DNA of 64,000 nucleotides from Tagaea sp. (GTDB lineage Bacteria; Pseudomonadota; Alphaproteobacteria; CACIAM-22H2): NCBI GenBank assembly GCA_965279525.1, contig CBDIIB010000003.1, positions 256,001 to 320,000 of the forward strand, read 5' to 3'. Shown piece by piece: positions 57,101 to 64,000 of this stretch (position 1 is its first letter; each line of letters starts with the position of its first letter). The notes under the pieces were generated by a model. It saw only the letters and a program-made list of their open reading frames with translations, ran no database searches and was not told where the DNA came from. The position numbers and the translations under genes were made by a program.

Positions 57101-60100
57101 AAGACGGTTCCATCGCGCTGAACATCCAGTCGGCTCTGGGCGACACGGACGGTTCCGAGACCCTCTCGGTGACGGTCTCCGGCGTTCCGCTCGACGGTCA
57201 TCTCACCGCCGGCATCGACAACGGCGACGGCACGTGGACGCTCGCACCCGGCGATCTTGCCGGTCTTGCCTATGTTCCCGCCGCCGACGCGAGCGGCACG
57301 TTCACGCTGAACGTGACGGCGACTTCGACCGAAGGTGCCAACGGTGCCACCAGCGTGCGCACGGCAAGCATGTCGGTCGACGTCGCGGCCGCCGTCGATG
57401 CGCCGACGACCCTGTCGATCGACGTGCGAAGCGCCGTCGGCAACGATTCCACCTTCTCCAACGGCGAGACCGGCCAGGTCACGGTCGTGGCGCAGTTCCG
57501 CGACAATGACGGCTCGCAGACGCATGGTGCCACCCTTGCCGTGCCCGAAGGGCTCATCGTGTCCGACGCGGCCGGGGGCACCTGGACGCCGGGCGTGGAC
57601 GGGACCGGCGGCCAGATCGTGTTCGACGGCGTCATCGGCGCCGGCGGTCTGCTTGAAGTCACGATCGGCGTGCGCGCGACGGATACGGTCGATCTTGCTT
57701 CGACCGGCCAGTTCCAGCTGACCGCGACGAGCGCCGAAGACGGCGGTGCAAGCGCTTCTGCGACGGCATCGGCCGACGCAAACCTTTCGACGGCACCGCT
57801 GACGGTCGCCGGCACGAGCGGCAACGACAGTCTCGTCGCGTCTGGCTTGCGCGAATCCTTCGAGGGCGGCACGGGCACCGATACGGTCGACTATTCGGCC
57901 GATGCGGCCGGCGTGGATATCGATCTTGCGGCGGGCACCGCGTCGGGCGGGCTTGCCGCCGGCGACGTGCTTTCGGGCATCGAGAACCTGACGGGCGGCA
58001 GCGGCAATGACGCGCTGACCGGCGATGCCGCCGCCAACCGTCTCGAGGGCGGGGCCGGCGACGACAAGCTGACCGGCGGTGCGGGTGCCGACACGCTGAC
58101 CGGCGGTGCCGGCAACGACACGGCCAACTATTCGGGTTCGACGGCAGCGGTCACGGTCAATCTCACGACGGGTGTGGGGACAGGCGGCGACGCCGCCGGC
58201 GACACGCTTTCCGGAATCGAGAACATCACCGGCTCGGCGCTTGGCGACAATCTCACCGGCGATGCCGGCTCCAACCGCCTCGAAGGCGGGGCCGGCAACG
58301 ACCGTCTCGACGGCAGCACAGGCAACGACGCCATCGTGGGCGGTGCCGGTGCCGACACGCTGATCGGCGGGACCGGCATCGACGCCGCCGTCTATACGGG
58401 CTCGTCCGCCGGCGTGAATGTCAGCCTTGCGACGGGCACCGGCTCCGGCGGCGATGCGCAGGGCGACACGCTTTCCGGTTTCGAGAATCTCGAGGGCTCG
58501 GCCTTTGCCGATACGCTGACGGGCGACACGACGGCCAACCTTCTTGAAGGTGCTGCCGGCAACGACACGTTGCTGGGCGGCGCGGGTGCCGACACGCTTG
58601 CGGGCGGCGAAGGCGCCGACACGGCGAGCTACGCGACGTCGACCGCCGCGGTCACGGTCAACCTTGCGACCGGTGCAGGCACGCAAGGCGATGCCGCCGG
58701 CGACGTATTGACCGGCATCGAGAATCTTCTCGGCGGCACGGTCAACGACACGCTGACGGGCGATGCCGGTGCCAACCGGATCGACGGCGGTGCCGGCAAC
58801 GACAGCATCGTGGGCGGCGAAGGGGCCGACACGCTGATCGGCGGTGCGGGATCCGACACGGCGAGCTATGCGGCTTCGGCCGAAAGCGTCGCCGTCAACC
58901 TCGCGACGGGCGTGGGTACAGGCGGCGATGCCGAGGGCGACACGCTTTCCGGCTTCGAGACGGTGATCGGCAGTGCCGGCGACGACACGCTGACCGGCGA
59001 TGCGGCGGCCAATCGCCTCGAAGGCGGGGCCGGCGACGACACGATCACGGGCGGTGCCGGCGGCGACACGCTGGTCGGCGGCACGGGCACCGACACGCTC
59101 GTCTATACGGGTTCCACCGCCGCGGTCGCGGTCAATCTCGCGACGGCCGCGGTTTCCGGCGGCGATGCGGCAAGCGACGTGATTTCGGGCTTCGAGAACC
59201 TCACCGGTTCGGCACTCGGCGACACGCTGACGGGCGATGCGAACGCCAACATCATCGACGGTGCCGCCGGCAACGACACGATGCAGGGCGGTGCCGGGGC
59301 GGATACGCTCGTCGGCGGTGCTGGCACCGACACGGCCACATATGCGGCGTCGGCCACGGGCGTGACGGTCGATCTCGCCGCGGGTACGGGTGCCGGCGGC
59401 GATGCGGCCGGCGACGTGCTGTCGGGGATCGAGAACCTTATCGGTTCGGCGGTCGCGGACACTCTCTCCGGCGATGCGCTCGCCAACGCGATCGACGGCG
59501 GGACGGGCGACGACACGCTGACGGGCGGTGCGGGCGCCGACACGCTGACGGGCGGAACAGGCATCGACACGGCGAGCTATTCGGCTTCGGCCGCCGGCGT
59601 GAACGTGAACCTGACGACGAACACCGGCACCGGCGGCGATGCGCAGAGCGACGTGCTGTCGGGCATCGAGAACCTCGTGGGTTCCGACAATGCCGACACG
59701 CTGACCGGTTCGACGGCGGCCAACCGCCTCGAAGGCGGCGAGGGCGACGACACGCTGGTCGGCGGTGCGGGTGCGGACACGCTGCTGGGCGGTGCGGGCA
59801 CCGACACGGCGAGCTATGCGACATCGACCGCGGCGGTGACCGCGAGCCTTGCCACGGGCACAGGCACCGTCGGCGATGCGGCCGGCGACGTGCTGACGGA
59901 CATCGAGAACCTGACGGGCGGGACCAGCACCGACACGCTGACGGGCAATGCGGGCGCCAACGTCATCGACGGCGGGGCCGGCAACGACACGCTGGCCGGC
60001 GGGGCGGGTGCCGACACGATCATCGGCGGAACCGGCACCGACACGGCTTCGTATGCCGGATCGGCTGCCGGCGTGACGATCGACCTCAACGCCGCGACGC

Positions 60101-63100
60101 AGGCCGGCGGCGATGCCGAAGGCGACGCGCTGACGGGCATCGAGAACGTCGTGGGTTCGGCCAATGCCGACAATCTCACGGGCGACGCGCTCGCCAACGC
60201 GCTCGACGGCGGTGCCGGCGACGATACGCTGACGGGCGGTGCGGGCGCCGACGCGCTGACGGGCGGTGCCGGCATCGACACGGTCAACTACGCGGATTCC
60301 GCGGCAGCCGTGAACGTGAGCTTGACGACGAACACGGGTACGGGCGGCGACGCACAGGGCGACGTGCTGTCCGGCGTCGAGAATATCGTGGGTTCGGCCA
60401 ACGCCGACACGCTGACCGGTTCGACGACGGCCAATCTGCTCGAAGGCGGGGCCGGCAACGACACGCTGCTGGGCGGCGCCGGGGCCGACACGCTGGTCGG
60501 CGGCGAGGGCACGGATACGGCAAGCTACTCGGCCTCGACCGGGGCGGTGACCGTCGACCTTTCGACCGGTGCGGGCACGCTCGGCGATGCGGCCGGCGAC
60601 GAGCTGACCGGCATCGAGAACCTGCTGGGCGGTGCCGGCGCCGACATCCTGACCGGCGACGCGAGCGCCAACCGGATTGACGGCGGTGCGGCCAACGACA
60701 CGCTTGCCGGCGGTGCGGGTGCTGACACGCTGATCGGCGGGACGGGAACCGATACGGCGAGCTATGCGGCCGACACCGAGGGCGTGAACGTCAATCTCAC
60801 GACGGGTCTGGGTAGCGGCGGCGAGGCCGAAGGCGACACGCTCGCGACGATCGAGAACGTGACGGGCGGTTCGGGCGCCGACACGCTGACGGGCGATGCG
60901 AACGCCAACCGCCTGGAAGGCGGCGACGGCGCCGACACGCTGGTCGGCGGTGCCGGTGCCGACACGCTGGTGGGCGGGACGGGCATCGACACGGCGGACT
61001 ACTCGGCGTCGGCGGCGGCGGTGACGGTCAACCTCGCGACCGGAACAGGTGCCGGTACGGGCAGCACGGCACTAAGCGACGTGCTGTCGGGCGTGGAGAA
61101 TGTGGTCGGCTCGACACTTGCCGACACGCTGACGGGCGATGCGAACGCCAACGTGCTGGACGGCGGAACCGGCAACGACACGCTGACCGGCGGTGCGGGT
61201 GCCGACACGCTCATCGGCGGGGCCGGCAACGACACGGCGAATTACGGCACGGCGACGGCCGCGGTGACGGTCAATCTTGCGACTGGCGAAGGCACGCAAG
61301 GCGATGCCGACGGCGACGTACTTTCGGGCATCGAGACGCTGATCGGCGGTGCGGGTGCTGACACGCTGACGGGTGATGCATTTGCCAACCGTCTCGATGG
61401 CGGGGCGGCCAACGACACGCTGCAGGGCGGTGCGGGTGCGGACTCGCTGGTCGGCGGTGCGGGCGTCGATACGGCGAGCTATGCGGACTCCGCGGCCGCC
61501 GTGACGGTCAACCTGACGACGGGATTGGGGACCGGCGGCGATGCGCAGGGCGATACGCTCGCGACGATCGAGAACGTGAGCGGTTCGGCCTTCGCCGATA
61601 CGCTGACGGGCGATGCGAACGCCAACCGGCTTGAAGGCGGCGACGGCGACGACACGCTGATCGGCGCTGCCGGTGCCGACACGCTGGTCGGCGGCGACGG
61701 GACAGATACGGCGAGCTACGCGACGTCGACCGCGTCGGTGTCGGCAAGCCTCGCGACAGGAACGGGAACCGTCGGCGATGCCACGGGCGACGTGTTCACC
61801 GGGATCGAGAACCTGACCGGCGGTTCGAATTCCGACACGCTGACGGGCGATGCGAACGACAACCGGATTGACGGCGGTGCCGGAAACGACCTGCTGACCG
61901 GCGGTGCCGGCGCGGACACGCTCGTCGGCGGTGCCGGCACGGACACGGCCAGCTACTCGACCTCCACGGCCGCCATCGCCGTCGACCTTGCGGCCGGCGT
62001 CGGCACGATGGGCGATGCGGCGGGCGACGTGCTCTCGGGCATCGAAAGCCTCGTGGGCGGGTCGGGCGCCGACACGCTGACGGGCGACGCGGCTGCCAAC
62101 CGCCTCGACGGCGGTGCCGGCGATGACACGCTGACGGGCGGCGGCGGTGCCGACTCGCTCATCGGCGGTACGGGCATCGACACGGTCAACTACGCGGGCT
62201 CGGCTGCGGCCGTCACGGTCAATCTCGGGACGGGTGCGGGCACCGGCGGCGATGCGGCCAGCGACACCTATACGACGATCGAGAACGTGATCGGCTCGGC
62301 CTATGCCGACACGCTGACGGGTTCGACCGCCGCCAACGTGCTTGAGGGCGGTGCCGGAAACGACATGCTCCTGGGCGGTGCGGGTGCGGACACGCTGATC
62401 GGCGGCGACGGAACGGACACCGCGAGCTATTCCGCTTCGACGGCGGCGGTGACGGCCAACCTCGAGACGGGTGCCGGCACGCAGGGCGACGCGTCCGGCG
62501 ACGTGCTGACCGGGATCGAAAATCTGATCGGCGGCACCGGCGCCGACCGGCTGACCGGCGATGCCGGGGCCAACGTGCTTTCCGGTGCCGCCGGCAACGA
62601 CACGCTGACCGGCGGGCTCGGCAACGACACGCTGATCGGCGGGGCGGGTTCGGACAGCCTCGTGGGCGGCGACGGCACGGACACGATCGACTACAGCGCG
62701 TCGACGAACGCGGTGACCGTCAACTTGACGACCGGCGCCGTCAGCGGCGGCGATGCGGCAGGCGACGTCCTGTCGTCGATCGAGAACGTCACGGGCTCGA
62801 CGAAGAACGACTCGCTGACGGGCGACGCGAACGCGAACGTGCTTTCCGGTGGGGCAGGCACCGACGCGCTCGTCGGCAACGCGGGCGACGACACGCTGAT
62901 CGGCGGTGCCGGCAAGGACACGCTCACCGGCGGTACGGGCCTGGACACGGCCGATTACAGCACGTCGACGGCCGCCGTGAACGTCAACCTCGCGACCGGT
63001 GCCAACAGCGGCGGCGATGCCGCCAGCGACGTGTATTCGTCGATCGAGAATCTCGCGGGCTCGGCCTTCAACGACACGCTGACGGGCGATGCGAACGCCA

Positions 63101-63471
63101 ACGTGCTTGCCGGTGCTGCAGGCAACGACACGCTGACGGGCGGGCTTGGCGACGACACGCTGGCCGGCGGCATCGGCAACGACCTGATGGCCGGCGGCGA
63201 CGGTTCGGATCTCGCCTATTTCGGCGCGGGCTGGGGCAACGACGTGTTCCAGGGCGGTGCCGGCGGCGGCTGGACCGACACCGTCTTCATCGACGGCGTG
63301 ACCGGCGGGCCGGGTTCGGGCGGCTGGACGCTGACGCTCGACGACGGAACGGTGCTGACCGACACGGCGGCACACGGCTCGATCGACCTTGCACCGGACT
63401 CGTCCGGCACGGTCGTGATGTCGGACGGCAGCGAGATGACCTTCGAGGGTGTCGAAAAGTTCCAGTGGTAG
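54190..63471 (+). CDS. Giant repetitive RTX-type surface protein/adhesin (~3090 aa), T1SS substrate
   Basis: No Sec signal; Ala/Pro/Gly-rich N-terminus, 7 cadherin/Ig-like repeats, many GGxGxDxLx nonapeptides, non-repetitive C-terminus ending FEGVEKFQW; adjacent T1SS. Confidence 0.92.
55042..57393 (+). repeat. 7 x 336 bp (112 aa) cadherin/Ig-like tandem repeats
   Basis: GTEDG at 55078, 55414, 55750, 56086, 56422, 56758, 57094; unit ADAPTL...GTEDG...DTDGSETL...DNGDGTWTL...VDVAAA. Confidence 0.92.
57800..63260 (+). repeat. About 22 RTX-containing units of 237 bp (79 aa), some with one extra nonapeptide (264 bp)
   Basis: Unit DTASY...V.V.L..G.G.GGDA.GD.L.GIEN..G...DTL.G...AN.L.GG.G.DTL.GG.GADTL.GG; antisense stops recur every 237 or 264 bp. 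Confidence 0.9.
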
Positions 63472-63562
63472 CGGTCGCACCGGCGTTTCCCGCGACCGGC
63501 GAACGGCGCTATCCTGCCCGCCGCGGAGTCGCGACGTCGGCGCCCGCCGGGAGGAACGCGCG

Positions 63563-64000
63563 ATGAATATCTGCATGGTCGGGTACGGGATGATGGGCGT
63601 GTGGCACTCCGAGGCGCTGATCGCCGCCGGGGCCACGCTGCACACGGTGGTTGGCCGGCGCATCGAGGCGGCCGAAGAGTTCGCCAAGCGTTTCGGCTAC
63701 CGCAAATGGACCGTCTCGCTCGAAGCGGCCCTTGCCGATCCCGAGATCGACATCGTCATCATCGGCAGCCCGAGCGAGCAGCACGAGACGCAGGCGATCA
63801 AGTCGCTGGAGGCGGGCAAGCACACGCTGATCGAGATCCCGATCGCCCTCAGCCTCGCCGGTGCCGAGCGCGTGATCGCGGCCGGCAAGCGCAGCGGCAA
63901 GATCTTCGGCCTGTGCCATCCCATGCGCTACCGGCACGAGCGCGAGGCGCTGCGCAGCCGCATTGCGGCAGGCGAGGAGAAGATCCGCCATATCGCCGGG
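63563..64000 (+). CDS. Gfo/Idh/MocA family oxidoreductase, LigC-like (3'-truncated by window edge)
   Basis: Not in the ORF track; GGAGG RBS, MNICMVGYGMMGVWH, ALADPEID, AGKHTLIEIP. Confidence 0.85.
   Translation, partial: MNICMVGYGMMGVWHSEALIAAGATLHTVVGRRIEAAEEFAKRFGYRKWTVSLEAALADPEIDIVIIGSPSEQHETQAIKSLEAGKHTLIEIPIALSLAGAERVIAAGKRSGKIFGLCHPMRYRHEREALRSRIAAGEEKIRHIAG

Noticed and set aside
55042-63260. Regular repeats as a possible CRISPR array or non-coding satellite
   Set aside because: Repeats are in-frame, vary mainly at synonymous positions, have no unique spacers, and no cas genes are present
54685-63687. Long antisense ORFs (1333 aa, 871 aa) and many periodic short minus-strand ORFs over the adhesin
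   Set aside because: Shadows of a repetitive GC-rich coding strand; their periodicity simply mirrors the 336 and 237 bp repeats
63509-63991. 160 aa minus-strand ORF in the track
   Set aside because: Antisense shadow of the plus-strand oxidoreductase starting at 63563
1-64000. Mobile elements, prophage, defence systems, tRNA/rRNA
   Set aside because: No transposase, integrase, phage, nuclease or structural RNA signature was recognised anywhere in the window

Overview
GC-rich bacterial chromosome segment, most consistent with an alphaproteobacterium (inferred from gene content: DUF2849-cysI-DUF934 order, PAS_5-like protein, RT0821/Lpp0805-type surface protein, CckA-like hybrid kinase). About 48 densely packed CDSs; no rRNA, tRNA, CRISPR array, transposase or integrase is visible. 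Left to right: SDR plus L-idonate dehydrogenase; metallophosphoesterase; an MdtABC-type RND efflux operon with outer-membrane factor and a His-tailed exported protein; a class III aminotransferase; an uncharacterised convergent pair (GNAT-fold protein and stand-alone PAS-like protein) with a structured upstream region; a partial sulfite-reduction locus; a ~25 kb sugar/sugar-acid catabolic island (three importers, two GntR regulators with visible palindromic operators, dehydrogenases, lactonases, enolase-family dehydratases, aldolases and an unexpected Fe/2-oxoglutarate dioxygenase); a CHASE3-PAS hybrid kinase with a REC-EAL phosphodiesterase; and a type I secretion locus with two complementary-degenerate ABC ATPases divergent from a ~3100 aa RTX adhesin. 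The best candidates for undescribed biology are the asymmetric heterodimeric T1SS/adhesin/c-di-GMP module, the GNAT-PAS pair, and the dioxygenase-containing sugar pathway. All product calls come from motif recognition by eye, not from database searches.
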